A stretch of DNA of 64,000 nucleotides from an uncultured Gemmatimonadales bacterium (GTDB lineage: Bacteria; Gemmatimonadota; Gemmatimonadetes; Gemmatimonadales; GWC2-71-9): the NCBI GenBank assembly GCA_963728915.1, contig CAVSLV010000004.1:256001-320000 (forward strand). The letters are read 5' to 3'. Positions 20,709 to 30,531 of the stretch are shown piece after piece. The notes beneath the pieces are model-generated. The model worked only from the letters and a program-made list of their open reading frames with translations. It was not told the DNA's origin and searched no databases. Every line of letters starts with the position of its first letter. Within the stretch, counting starts at the first letter, position 1. The translations under genes and the position numbers were made by a program.

Positions 20709-21626
20709 ATGCGCACCTATCTGCTCTCCGCCCTGCTCCTGGCGTCTCCGGGATGCGGCGAGACTCGTCCTCCCGCCTCCGAGTTCGACGGCGCGGCCGC
20801 CTACCGGTACGTCCAGGAGCAGCTCGGGTTCGGCCCCCGGATTCCGGGGCAGGAGGGCCATCGCCGGATGGCCGCCTGGCTGGACAGCCTGCTCCGGGCC
20901 CGGGCGGACAGTGTGGTCGCGCAGCGGTGGATTCACGTAACCCGCTCGGGCGATTCGCTCCCCCTGGTCAACTTCATCGCCCGGTTCAATCCGGCCGCGA
21001 CCACCCGGCTGCTCTTTCTGGCCCACTGGGATACCCGGCCTCACGCCGACAGTCCCGCGAGCCGCGACACGCTGGCGCCGGTCGTCGGGGCCAACGACGG
21101 CGCCTCGGGCGTGGCGGTCCTCCTGGGCATGGCGGATGCGCTCAAGGCTCGGCCTCCCACGATCGGGGTGGATCTCCTGTTCGTGGACGGGGAGGATTAC
21201 GGAGACTTCTCCGCCGACACCGACGTCCTGCTCGGGTCGCGCTACTACGCCGACCACCAGGTCGCCGGGCCCAAGCCGAAATTCGCCGTGCTCCTCGACA
21301 TGATCGGCGACAAGGACCTGAAGATCCCTCCCGAGTATTACTCCCAGACGGCGGCATCCGACGTCGTGGAGCTGGTCTGGAAGGTGGCCGAGCGGATGGG
21401 CTACAGCTCGGTCTTCGTCTCCAGCGATGGTCCGGTGCTGACCGACGATCACGTGCCGCTCCAGCAGGCGGGATTGCGGGCCATCGATGTCATCGATTTC
21501 ACCTACGGTCCCGACAACGGCTGGCACCACACCACCGAGGACACCATCGACAAGATCAGCGAGCGGAGCCTCAAGGCGGTGGGCGATGTGATGCTGGGGG
21601 TGGTGCGCACGGTCGGTTCGGGATAA
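20709..21626 (+). CDS. M28 family peptidase / glutaminyl-cyclase-like lipoprotein
   Basis: Lipobox-like ASPGC; AHWDTR, GANDGASG, DGED, LDMIG, DDH.P, WHHT; start 20700 or 20709. Confidence 0.85.
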   Translation: MRTYLLSALLLASPGCGETRPPASEFDGAAAYRYVQEQLGFGPRIPGQEGHRRMAAWLDSLLRARADSVVAQRWIHVTRSGDSLPLVNFIARFNPAATTRLLFLAHWDTRPHADSPASRDTLAPVVGANDGASGVAVLLGMADALKARPPTIGVDLLFVDGEDYGDFSADTDVLLGSRYYADHQVAGPKPKFAVLLDMIGDKDLKIPPEYYSQTAASDVVELVWKVAERMGYSSVFVSSDGPVLTDDHVPLQQAGLRAIDVIDFTYGPDNGWHHTTEDTIDKISERSLKAVGDVMLGVVRTVGSG

Positions 21627-21689
21627 TTCCAGCGCGGTCTGCATGAATGCGATCCGGCCTCCCTGACGGAACGCCGGTATCGTCGAAGG

Positions 21690-22337
21690 ATGCAGGAGAA
21701 ACACGCCGTGCTGCTGCTGGTCGGCCTCGCGGTAGCCGGTCATGCGGTCCGCTTAATCTTTACACCCTCGCAAACACCCCCCGGGCAGATTCTGGCGGAG
21801 CAGAAGGCAGGCGCCGGTCCGGCAGCTCACCGGGATCGTGCCATACGCCTTGCCAGGCCCCTTGGGCAGGCCGAAACCATCGACCTCAACACCGCTCCGG
21901 CAGAGGAGATAGCCCGCCTCCCCCGTATTGGCATGTCCCTAGCAAAGCGGATCGTGGAATACCGGATGGCTCATGGAGCCTTCCAGTCCCCGGGCGATCT
22001 GGAAAAGGTTGCTGGAGTGGGACCTGCGCTGGTAGGGCAGCTGACGGGAAAGGTGCGGTTCGGGGGGATAGTCCAGACTCCCCAACGAGCGGCCCCAATC
22101 GAACTAACTCAGCATGGGACAAGTACTTACGGTTCAAGCCCCAAGCTGGTTGACCTTAACTCAGCGACTCTCGCTGATCTCGTGTCCCTGCCGGGGATCG
22201 GGCCGGCGCGGGCACGGGCGATTCTGGCATATCGCCGAGACAAGGGGCCATTCGCCGCAGTGTCGGATCTTCGCGCGGTGCCTGGTCTGACGAGGTCGGT
22301 GGTGGCGAAAGTCTCCCCATTGGTCACGATTCGTTAG
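21690..22337 (+). CDS. comEA: ComEA-family helix-hairpin-helix DNA-binding protein (two HhH domains)
   Basis: IDLNTA....LPRIG..LA.RIV.YR..G.F and VDLNSA...LPGIG...A..I..YR..GPF; N-terminal hydrophobic segment. Confidence 0.85.
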   Translation: MQEKHAVLLLVGLAVAGHAVRLIFTPSQTPPGQILAEQKAGAGPAAHRDRAIRLARPLGQAETIDLNTAPAEEIARLPRIGMSLAKRIVEYRMAHGAFQSPGDLEKVAGVGPALVGQLTGKVRFGGIVQTPQRAAPIELTQHGTSTYGSSPKLVDLNSATLADLVSLPGIGPARARAILAYRRDKGPFAAVSDLRAVPGLTRSVVAKVSPLVTIR

Positions 22338-22387
22338 GTGGTGATCGAGGGGAAGTAACGGACAAGTCACGCGAATCAGGAGCAAGG

Positions 22388-24106
22388 ATGCCGGCTGTCG
22401 CTGTCCCCGCTGAACGCTTGGGCGACCTTCTCGTCAGTGAAGGGTTGCTCACCCGGGATATGCTGCAACAGGCCCTCGCCGAGCATCGCTCGTCCGGCAT
22501 GCCCCTCGGCTTCGTGGTGGCCAAGCAGGGCCTGGTTCCCGAAGTGGAAGTGACTCGGCTGGTCGCGCGGCAGCTCCGGGTTCCCGCGGTTGACCTCTCG
22601 CGCTTCGAGGCCGACCAGCGGCTCCTCAAACTGATCCCCGCCGACATGGCGCGGCGTGAGCTCATTCTCCCGCTCAAGCGGGATGGACGGACTCTCACGG
22701 TCGCGATGGCGAATCCGACCGACCAGATCCTCCTCCAGGAGCTCCGGTTCATCACCCGGTTCGACCTGTTCCCGGTGTTCGCCGGCGAGTTGACCCTGCG
22801 GAACCTGATCGACCGGCACTACCAGGGGAACGAGCAGCAGCTCCAGTCCATCCTGAAGGACATGGAGGGGCTGAGCGAGGACGTCGAGGTCGTGGAGGAG
22901 GACCAGGACGAAGGCCCCGAGGCCGCCGCGATCGACGATGCCCCGGTGGTCAAGCTGATCAACGGGCTCCTGACCGATGCAGTGCGGCGGGGCGCGAGCG
23001 ACATCCACATCGAGTCGTTCGAGCACGAGATCCGGGTCCGCTACCGGGTGGACGGGGTGCTCCAGGAAATCATGAAGCCGCCGCTCCGGCTCAAGGCCGC
23101 CCTGATCTCCCGGGTCAAGATTCTCTCCCAGCTCAACATCGCCGAACGTCGGGTTCCCCAGGACGGCCGGCTCAAGCTCAAGATGGGCAATCGGGTGGTC
23201 GATTTCCGGGTCTCCACGCTGCCGTGTCTGTTCGGCGAGAAGGTGGTGCTCCGGATCCTCGACAAGGGCAACCTGGCGCTCGATCTCACTTCGTTCGGAC
23301 TCGAGTCCAGATCGGAACAGGACCTCATCCGGGCGATTCTCAATCCCTACGGGATGGTGCTGGTCACCGGCCCGACCGGATCGGGCAAGACGACGACGCT
23401 CTATTCCGCGCTTCAGCGGATCAACACCGTCGAAACGAACATCATGACGGCGGAAGATCCCGTCGAATACAACCTGCACGGGATCAACCAGGTCCAGGTG
23501 AACAACGACATCGGGCTCAGCTTCGCGACCGCCCTGCGGGCGTTCCTGCGGCAGGACCCGAACGTGATCATGATCGGCGAAATCCGGGACCTGGAAACGG
23601 GCAGCATTGCGGTGAAGGCCGCGCTGACCGGGCACCTGGTCCTTTCCACGCTGCACACCAACGATGCCCCGAGCACCATCACCCGAATGCTGGACATGGG
23701 GGTCGAAGCGTTCAACGTGTCGGCGGCGGTAAACCTCGTGGTGGCCCAGCGGCTGGTCCGGCGCATTTGCGGCGAGTGCCGCGCCCCGGCCCGGTATCCC
23801 CGCGAGGAGCTGCAGGCGCTGGTGGGGCCGGGCGTCGGCCTCGAGGAGATCGCAGGCATGCCGATGATGAAGGGCAAAGGCTGTGATGCCTGCGGTGGCA
23901 CCGGGTATCGGGGCCGCGCCGGCCTGTTCGAAGTCATGGCGATCTCTCCCGAGCTCCGGCGGATGATTCTCCGGAATGCGTCGGTGGCCGAGCTCAGGGA
24001 TCAGGCGGTGCGGGAGGGGATGCTCACCCTCCGCGCCCATGGAATGCTCAAGTTGCAGCAGGGTGTGACCACTCTCGAAGAAGTGATCAAGGAGACGGCG
24101 GCATGA
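22388..24106 (+). CDS. pilB: Type IV pilus assembly ATPase PilB
   Basis: MshEN-like RLGDLLV..GL, ASDIHIE, GPTGSGKTTTLY, LRQDP, tetra-Cys motif. Confidence 0.95.
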   Translation: MPAVAVPAERLGDLLVSEGLLTRDMLQQALAEHRSSGMPLGFVVAKQGLVPEVEVTRLVARQLRVPAVDLSRFEADQRLLKLIPADMARRELILPLKRDGRTLTVAMANPTDQILLQELRFITRFDLFPVFAGELTLRNLIDRHYQGNEQQLQSILKDMEGLSEDVEVVEEDQDEGPEAAAIDDAPVVKLINGLLTDAVRRGASDIHIESFEHEIRVRYRVDGVLQEIMKPPLRLKAALISRVKILSQLNIAERRVPQDGRLKLKMGNRVVDFRVSTLPCLFGEKVVLRILDKGNLALDLTSFGLESRSEQDLIRAILNPYGMVLVTGPTGSGKTTTLYSALQRINTVETNIMTAEDPVEYNLHGINQVQVNNDIGLSFATALRAFLRQDPNVIMIGEIRDLETGSIAVKAALTGHLVLSTLHTNDAPSTITRMLDMGVEAFNVSAAVNLVVAQRLVRRICGECRAPARYPREELQALVGPGVGLEEIAGMPMMKGKGCDACGGTGYRGRAGLFEVMAISPELRRMILRNASVAELRDQAVREGMLTLRAHGMLKLQQGVTTLEEVIKETAA

Positions 24107-25230
24107 ACCTGAACCTGCGGACCCTGTTGCAGGAGATGATCGACCGGGAGGCGTCCGACCTCCACATCACGGTCGGGGAGCGTCCCAAGCTCCGGATCGA
24201 CGGGCAGATCACGGACGCCTCGTCCGAGGAAGTCCTCACCCCCAAGGACACGCTGACCCTGGCCTATTCGGTGCTGACCGAAAACCAGAAGAAGCGGTTC
24301 GAGCTCGAGGACGAGCTGGACTTCTCGTTCGGGCTGGAGAACCTGGCCCGGTTCCGGGGCAACGTCTTCAAGCAGCGCGGCTGCGTGGCCTTGGTGCTCC
24401 GGATGATTCCCTTCAGCGTGCGGACCCTGGATGATCTGGGGCTGCCGCCGATCGCCCGGAAACTGATGGAACGCCCCCGCGGGCTGGTGCTGGTCACCGG
24501 CCCAACCGGGTCGGGCAAGTCCACCTCGCTCGCCGCGATGGTGGACCTGCTCAACAAGAACCGGCGCGGTCACATCATCACCGTGGAAGATCCCATCGAG
24601 TTCATCCATCGGCACCAGGGATGCCTGGTGAATCAGCGGGAAATCGGCACCGACACCAAGAGCTTCGCCACCGCGCTCAAGTACGTGCTGCGGGAAGACC
24701 CCGACATCATTCTGGTGGGCGAGATGCGCGATCTGGAGACCATCGCCGCGGCGCTCACCATCGCGGAAACCGGGCACCTGGTCCTGGGCACCCTGCACAC
24801 CAACTCCGCCGCCGAATCGATCAACCGGATGGTGGACGTGTTTCCGGCCAACCAGCAGCCCCAGATCCGGGCCCAGCTGGCCTTCGTGCTCGAAGGCATC
24901 CTGACCCAGATGTTGTTGCAGCGGGCCAACGGGAAGGGAAGGGCGCTTGCGATGGAGATCATCGTCGCCACGCCCGCCATCCGGGCCCTGATCCGGGACG
25001 ACAAGATTCACCAGATCTACTCCTCGATCCAGGCCGGCAAGAAACACGGCATGCAGACCATGACCGACTCGCTGTACCAGCTCTACATGAACCGGATGGT
25101 GTCCCGCGAGGAGTGTCTGCGAGCGGCCACCGACCAGAACGAGTTTCTCCGGGCGATTGGCGAGAAGCCCCTGGAGGATATGGCGATCTCCCCGGCGAGC
25201 AAGTCGGCGCAGCCGGCCGGCAGGCGTTAA
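24103..25230 (+). CDS. pilT: Type IV pilus retraction ATPase PilT
   Basis: ASDLH, GPTGSGKST, LREDPD, AIRALIRD (AIRNLIRE-like), GMQT. Confidence 0.95.
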   Translation: MNLNLRTLLQEMIDREASDLHITVGERPKLRIDGQITDASSEEVLTPKDTLTLAYSVLTENQKKRFELEDELDFSFGLENLARFRGNVFKQRGCVALVLRMIPFSVRTLDDLGLPPIARKLMERPRGLVLVTGPTGSGKSTSLAAMVDLLNKNRRGHIITVEDPIEFIHRHQGCLVNQREIGTDTKSFATALKYVLREDPDIILVGEMRDLETIAAALTIAETGHLVLGTLHTNSAAESINRMVDVFPANQQPQIRAQLAFVLEGILTQMLLQRANGKGRALAMEIIVATPAIRALIRDDKIHQIYSSIQAGKKHGMQTMTDSLYQLYMNRMVSREECLRAATDQNEFLRAIGEKPLEDMAISPASKSAQPAGRR

Positions 25231-25248
25231 CCCGCAAGGACAACGACG

Positions 25249-26455
25249 ATGGGACTCTTCGAATACACCGCCAAGAATTCGACCAGCGGGCAGATCATGC
25301 GGGGGATTCTCGATGTCCCCACCCGCGAGGAAGTCATCGCCTTCATCCGCAAGAACCGGATGATCCTGGTCAGTGTCCGCGAGGCGCCGACCCAGATCAA
25401 GCTGCCGGCCTTCCGGAAAGGGGTGAGCACCCGCGACGTGGTGATCTTCACCCGGCAGTTCGCCACCATGATCAACGCGGGGCTGCCCCTGGTCCAGGCG
25501 CTCAACATTCTGGCCCAGCAGACCGAGAACAAGACCCTGAAGGAGATCGTCCGCACGGTGGTCTACGACGTCGAGGCGGGCAATACCCTCGCGGACTCGC
25601 TGCGGAAGCACCCCAAGGCCTTCACCGATCTGTACGTGAACATGGTCGCCGCGGGCGAGGCGGGCGGCATCCTGGACACCATTCTCAACCGGCTGGCCGG
25701 CTTCCTCGAGAAGAACGACGCCCTGGTGCGGAAGGTCAAAGGGGCGATGGTCTACCCGGCGGTCATCTGCAGCGTGGCGGTGATCGCGGTCGCGGTGCTG
25801 CTCATCGCGGTGATCCCGACCTTCGCGTCGATGTTCGCCTCGGTGAACATGGAGCTGCCGCTCCCCACCCGGATCGTGATGGGGGCGTCTTCGTTTCTGA
25901 TCCACTTCTGGTGGGCCCTGATCGGATTCTTCGTGGTGACTCTCCTTGGCTTCCGGGCCTACTACCGCACTCCGGACGGCCGGAAGGTGGTGGACGGGGC
26001 GCTGCTGCGGTCTCCCGTCCTGGGCGACCTGCTGCGCAAGTCGGCGGTGTCCCGCTTCACCCGGACCCTGGGGACCCTGGTGTCCTCGGGCGTCTCGATC
26101 CTGGACGGCCTGGAAATCACCGCCCGCACCGCGGGGAACCGCGTCATCCACGATGCGATCATGTCCTCCCGGCATTCGATCGCGGGCGGTGAGACCATCG
26201 CCGGGCCCGCTCCAGACCTCCGGGGTGTTCCCGCCGATGGTGATCTCCATGATCTCGGTGGGCGAGCAGACCGGCGGCCTCGACACCATGCTGACCAAGA
26301 TCGCCGATTTCTACGACGCGGAAGTCGACGTCGCGGTGAGTGCCTTGCTCTCGCTGATGGAACCGATCATGATCGTGGTGCTGGGTTGCATCGTCGGCGG
26401 CATGGTGGTCGCGATGTACCTGCCGATCTTCGACATGGTGAATACGGTGCAGTAA
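25249..26455 (+). CDS. pilC: Type IV pilus platform protein PilC (T2SS F family), with a +1 frameshift near 26206
   Basis: FTRQFATMINAGLPL, AGEAGGILD; the frame changes at gccgggcccgctccag and continues PLQTSGVFPPMV..GEQTG..MYLPIF in ORF 25946-26455. Confidence 0.9.
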
Positions 26456-26456
26456 G

Positions 26457-26504
26457 GGCGGACAGGCGGACAGGCGGACAGGCGGACAGTCGGACAGTCG
26501 GACA
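26457..26504. repeat. 8-bp tandem repeat G(G/T)CGGACA x6 after the pilC stop
   Basis: ggcggaca x4, gtcggaca x2. Confidence 0.95.
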
Positions 26505-26542
26505 GTGGGGTCGGGGCGAATGCCCCGGCCCCACTGTGTTTT
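26502..26542 (+). terminator. Intrinsic terminator of comEA-pilBTC
   Basis: acagtggggtcggggc-gaat-gccccggccccactgt then gtttt. Confidence 0.8.
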
Positions 26543-26587
26543 CCAGCACCTTGGGGGCGGTCCCTAGGAGGAGGGAGGGAGGCTCCA

Positions 26588-27694
26588 ATGCGCTGGTCGG
26601 TACGGTTGGGCACGTTCGCGGGGATCAAGGTGTACGTACACCTCACCTTTCTGATCCTGCTGGCCTGGGTCGGTTTCGCCACCTGGCAGGCCAACCGGAG
26701 TGCCGGCGCGGTGGTCGAGGATCTCGCCTTCGTCGTGGCCCTGTTTGCCTGCGTGGTGCTGCACGAGTATGGCCATGCGCTCACCGCCCGCCGCTTCGGC
26801 ATCCCGACCCGGGACATTACCCTGCTCCCGATCGGCGGCGTCTCCCGGCTGGAGCGGATGCCGGACGACCCGAAGCAGGAGCTGCTGGTGGCCGCGATGG
26901 GACCGGTGGTGAGCGTCGCGATCGCCGGCGTACTGTTCCTGGTGCTTCAGGCCACCGGAAGCTGGGGGGGATTCACCGCGCTTTCCCTCCTGCAGGGCCC
27001 TTTCCTGCAGCGGCTCTTCGGAGTCAACCTCCTCCTCGCCGCGTTCAACCTCCTGCCGGCGTTTCCCATGGACGGGGGACGGGTCCTGCGCGGCTTCCTC
27101 GCGCTGCGCATGGACTATCTCCGCGCCACCCAGGTGGCGGCCCACCTGGGTCAGGGATTCGCGTTGCTGTTCGGTCTGGTGGGTCTCTTCTACAACCCGT
27201 TTCTGATTTTCATCGCTCTGTTCGTCTGGATCGGCGCGGCCCAGGAGGCCAGCCTGACCCAGATGAAGACCGCGCTCTCCGGCATTCCGCTGGCGCGGGC
27301 CATGATCACCAGATTTCGGACGCTCTCCCCGCACGACTCCCTCGGCGATGCGGCAGATCTGCTTCTGGAGGGAAGCCAGCAGGATTTTCCCGTGGTGGAG
27401 AACGGAAAGCTCGAAGGCCTCCTCTGCCGCGCCGACCTGTTCAAGGGCCTCAGCCGGGCGGGAAGGAGCGGCCGGGTGGCCGATGCGATGCGCCGCGAGG
27501 TTCCCACCGCGGACGCCTCGGAGATGATCGAGGTCGCCTTCACCCGGATTCAGGGGAAGGATGGCGCCACCCTTCCAGTCCTCCGGAAAGGCGAGCTGGT
27601 GGGACTGCTGACCCTCGACAACGTCGGTGAGCTGGTCAGTGTGCGGACGGCCCTCGCCTCGGTGACCCCGCCCGAGCCGGTGCATCACACCTAA
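26588..27694 (+). CDS. Site-2 protease (M50) with tandem CBS domains
   Basis: HEYGH, FNLLPAFPMDGGR, C-terminal CBS pair. Confidence 0.92.
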   Translation: MRWSVRLGTFAGIKVYVHLTFLILLAWVGFATWQANRSAGAVVEDLAFVVALFACVVLHEYGHALTARRFGIPTRDITLLPIGGVSRLERMPDDPKQELLVAAMGPVVSVAIAGVLFLVLQATGSWGGFTALSLLQGPFLQRLFGVNLLLAAFNLLPAFPMDGGRVLRGFLALRMDYLRATQVAAHLGQGFALLFGLVGLFYNPFLIFIALFVWIGAAQEASLTQMKTALSGIPLARAMITRFRTLSPHDSLGDAADLLLEGSQQDFPVVENGKLEGLLCRADLFKGLSRAGRSGRVADAMRREVPTADASEMIEVAFTRIQGKDGATLPVLRKGELVGLLTLDNVGELVSVRTALASVTPPEPVHHT

Positions 27695-27756
27695 CCCGGC
27701 CCCCGATCGCCGAACCGGTTGCTGTTCCGGGGTCCCTTCTGGCCCCGCCAGGCGTC

Positions 27757-27790
27757 TTGTCTGGATAGGGGGAGGGGGTATATTAAGGCC
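27757..27790 (+). promoter_or_regulatory. copA sigma70-type promoter with a CsoR/RcnR-type G-tract operator
   Basis: TTGTCT-16 nt-TATATT; the spacer contains ATAGGGGGAGGGGGTAT; csoR lies directly downstream of copA. Confidence 0.65.
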
Positions 27791-30163
27791 ATGAAACCTC
27801 TTCCTCAACTCGAGGTTCCTGCCCAGGTCGACCCGGTTTGCGGGATGAAGGTGCCGGTCACCTCGCCCCATCGCCACATCCATGACGGCGAGGAGTTCGT
27901 ATTCTGCTGTGCGGGCTGCCTTGCAAAATTCCGGGCCGATCCGGAGAAGTACCTCAGGGGGATCAGAGAGGTCGGAGAGGTCGGAGAGGTCGGAGAGGTC
28001 GGAGGGGTCGGGGGGGAGAGAGGCCGCGGACCATCCGACCCTCAGCCCGTCCGACCCTCCGAGTACACCTGTCCCATGCACCCGGAGGTGGTGCAGTCCG
28101 GACCGGGGACGTGTCCGATCTGCGGCATGGCGCTCGAGCCCACCGGGCTTCCGTCGCGAGCAGAAGGGCCCGACCCGGAGCTGGTGGAGATGTCGCGGCG
28201 ATTCTGGATCGCGCTGGGGTTCGCCGTGCCGGTCGTGGTGCTCGCGATGGGCCACCTGCTGCCCGGCGATCCGATCGGAAGGTTGCTCCCTCCCGCCGCG
28301 AGAACCCTGGTCGAGCTGGCGCTCGCGGTTCCGGTGTGTACCTGGGCCGCCTGGCCCTTCTATCTCCGCGCGGTCGAGTCGGTCCGTCGCGGCGCCCTCA
28401 ACATGTTCACCCTGATCGGGATCGGGGTGTCGGTCGCCTTCGGCTACAGTGTGGTCGCCGCGCTCTTCCCGGCGGTTTTTCCCGAGGGGTTTCGCGATCA
28501 CGGCGTGGTGCCGGTGTATTTCGAGCCCGCGGTGGTCATCGTCACCCTGATTCTCCTGGGGCAGGTGCTCGAGCTCCGGGCTCGCCGGGCAACTCGATCG
28601 GCGTTACATGCCCTGCTCGATCTCGCCCCGCCGATGGCCCGCCGGGTTTCTCCCGGTGGGGAAGCCGAGGTTCCCCTCAGCGAGATCCGGGTCGGCGACC
28701 GGTTGCGAGTCCGGCCGGGGGAGCGGGTCCCGGTGGATGGCGTCGTGCTGGAGGGGTCACCCGCGGTGGACGAATCCATGGTTACCGGTGAGCCGCTGCC
28801 GGTGGAGAAGCGTCCCGATGATCCGGTCATCGGCGGGACGATCAACCGGACCGGCGGGTTCCTCATGGAAGCGCGACGGGTCGGGAATGAAACGCTGCTG
28901 GCGAGAATCGTGGCGCGGGTGGCGGAGGCGCAGCGGAGCCGGGCGCCCATTCAGAAGCTGGCGGATCGGGTCTCGGGTTTCTTCGTCCCGGCCGTGATCG
29001 TGGCGGCCGTCATCACCTTCGGAGTGTGGGCGGTCTTGGGGCCGGCGCCGAGGCTTGCCCACGCGCTCGTGAACGCGGTCGCCGTCCTCATCATCGCCTG
29101 TCCCTGCGCGCTGGGCCTGGCCACCCCGATGTCCATCATGGTATCCATGGGGCGGGCGGCCGGGCAGGGGATCCTGTTCCGGGATGCCGAGGCCATCGAA
29201 CGGCTGCGAGAGGTGGACACGCTGGTGGTGGACAAGACCGGCACCCTGACCGAGGGGAGGCCCCGGGTCGGGGCGGTCGAGCCGGCCTCCGGGTTCGACG
29301 CCGGGAGCGTGTTAGGGTTGGCGGCCGCCGTCGAGCAGGGCAGCGAGCATCCCCTGGCGCCGGCCATTCTGACCGCGGCCGCCGAGCGCGGGATCTCCCC
29401 CCGCCCGGCCACCGGGTTGAAGAGCGTACCCGGCAAAGGGGTCCGGGCCATGGTCGATCGAGAGACCGTCGTGCTCGGAACCGCCCGATTCATGGAGGAA
29501 TCCGGGGTGGATTGCGCCCCGCTTCAGGGGCGCGCAGCGGCGTTGCGGGAGGCCGGTCAGACCGTGGTGCTGGTGGCGATCGGGAATCGTCTGGCCGGCC
29601 TGCTGGGCATCAGTGACACGGTGAAGCGCGATTCCGCCGAGGCGCTCGCCTCGCTTCGCGGGGAAGGCATTCGCCTGGTGATGGTGACCGGAGACAGCTC
29701 CGCGACCGCGCGGTCGGTGGCCGGCGCGCTGGGAATCACCGAGATCCTGGCGGAAGTCCTGCCCGAGGAGAAAGCCGAGCTGGTGAAGCGGCTCCAGGCG
29801 GAGGGCCGGGTGGTGGCGGTGGCCGGCGACGGAATCAACGACGCCCCGGCCCTGGCGCAGGCGGATGTCGGCATCGCGATGGGGTCCGGGACCGACGTCG
29901 CGAAGGAGACCGCCGGCGTGACGCTGGTGCGGGGCGACCTGCGTGGGATCGCGGCGGCGCGCCGCCTGTCTCATCGCACCATGACCAACATCCGGCAGAA
30001 TCTCTGGTTTGCCTTCGGCTACAACTCGCTCGGTGTGCCGGTGGCCGCGGGTCTGCTCTACCCCTTCTTCGGGCTCCTGCTCTCTCCGGTCATGGCCGCG
30101 GCCGCGATGAGCCTCAGCTCCGTGTCGGTGATTTCCAACGCCCTGCGGCTCCGGAGGGCCTGA
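27791..30163 (+). CDS. copA: Cu(I)-exporting P1B-type ATPase with YHS and heavy-metal-binding domains
   Basis: DPVCGM..FCC..C (YHS), [37 protein letters not shown] and MSLSS. Confidence 0.95.
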   Translation: MKPLPQLEVPAQVDPVCGMKVPVTSPHRHIHDGEEFVFCCAGCLAKFRADPEKYLRGIREVGEVGEVGEVGGVGGERGRGPSDPQPVRPSEYTCPMHPEVVQSGPGTCPICGMALEPTGLPSRAEGPDPELVEMSRRFWIALGFAVPVVVLAMGHLLPGDPIGRLLPPAARTLVELALAVPVCTWAAWPFYLRAVESVRRGALNMFTLIGIGVSVAFGYSVVAALFPAVFPEGFRDHGVVPVYFEPAVVIVTLILLGQVLELRARRATRSALHALLDLAPPMARRVSPGGEAEVPLSEIRVGDRLRVRPGERVPVDGVVLEGSPAVDESMVTGEPLPVEKRPDDPVIGGTINRTGGFLMEARRVGNETLLARIVARVAEAQRSRAPIQKLADRVSGFFVPAVIVAAVITFGVWAVLGPAPRLAHALVNAVAVLIIACPCALGLATPMSIMVSMGRAAGQGILFRDAEAIERLREVDTLVVDKTGTLTEGRPRVGAVEPASGFDAGSVLGLAAAVEQGSEHPLAPAILTAAAERGISPRPATGLKSVPGKGVRAMVDRETVVLGTARFMEESGVDCAPLQGRAAALREAGQTVVLVAIGNRLAGLLGISDTVKRDSAEALASLRGEGIRLVMVTGDSSATARSVAGALGITEILAEVLPEEKAELVKRLQAEGRVVAVAGDGINDAPALAQADVGIAMGSGTDVAKETAGVTLVRGDLRGIAAARRLSHRTMTNIRQNLWFAFGYNSLGVPVAAGLLYPFFGLLLSPVMAAAAMSLSSVSVISNALRLRRA
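27959..28062. repeat. In-frame 9-bp repeat GAGGTCGGA x4 (EVG) in the copA linker, followed by complementary C-rich copies
   Basis: 27968-28003 exact units; tccgaccctc copies at 28034-28043 and 28050-28059. Confidence 0.9.
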
Positions 30164-30166
30164 GGC

Positions 30167-30478
30167 ATGGCAGCCGGCTCCCACCCGCGAAGCGACGGCT
30201 CCGTCGCCGACTCCGAGCTCAAGGACCGAAATCTCAAACGCCTGCGCCGAATCGAGGGCCAGGTCCGCGGGCTGCAGCACATGGTGGAGGAGGATCGCTC
30301 CTGTTCCGAGATCATGGTGCAGATCGCCTCGGTCCACGAGGCGCTTCGCGCGGTGGCCCGGGAGCTGATGCGCGATCACCTGCGTCATTGGGTGCGGCAG
30401 GCGGTCCGGGAGGGCGGAGAGCCGGCTCAGAAAATCCTCGATGATCTGCTGGATCTCATTCACACCACGTCGCGCTGA
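30167..30478 (+). CDS. csoR: Metal-sensing transcriptional repressor, CsoR/RcnR family
   Basis: RLRRIEGQVRGLQ.MVEEDR.C..I..QIASV; downstream of copA. Confidence 0.9.
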   Translation: MAAGSHPRSDGSVADSELKDRNLKRLRRIEGQVRGLQHMVEEDRSCSEIMVQIASVHEALRAVARELMRDHLRHWVRQAVREGGEPAQKILDDLLDLIHTTSR

Positions 30479-30531
30479 GGCCCTGTTAACTTCCAGCCCG
30501 GCTGGCCCTCACTTTTCCAACGAGCTTCCGA

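Noticed and set aside
26200..26212. Programmed ribosomal frameshift in pilC
   Set aside because: No slippery heptamer or stimulatory structure seen; a single extra base in a GGGCCC run is more simply an indel
25249..27630. 793-aa PilC fusion ORF
   Set aside because: Artefact of the +1 frameshift; the true C-terminus is in another frame ending at 26455, and the extension overlaps the site-2 protease
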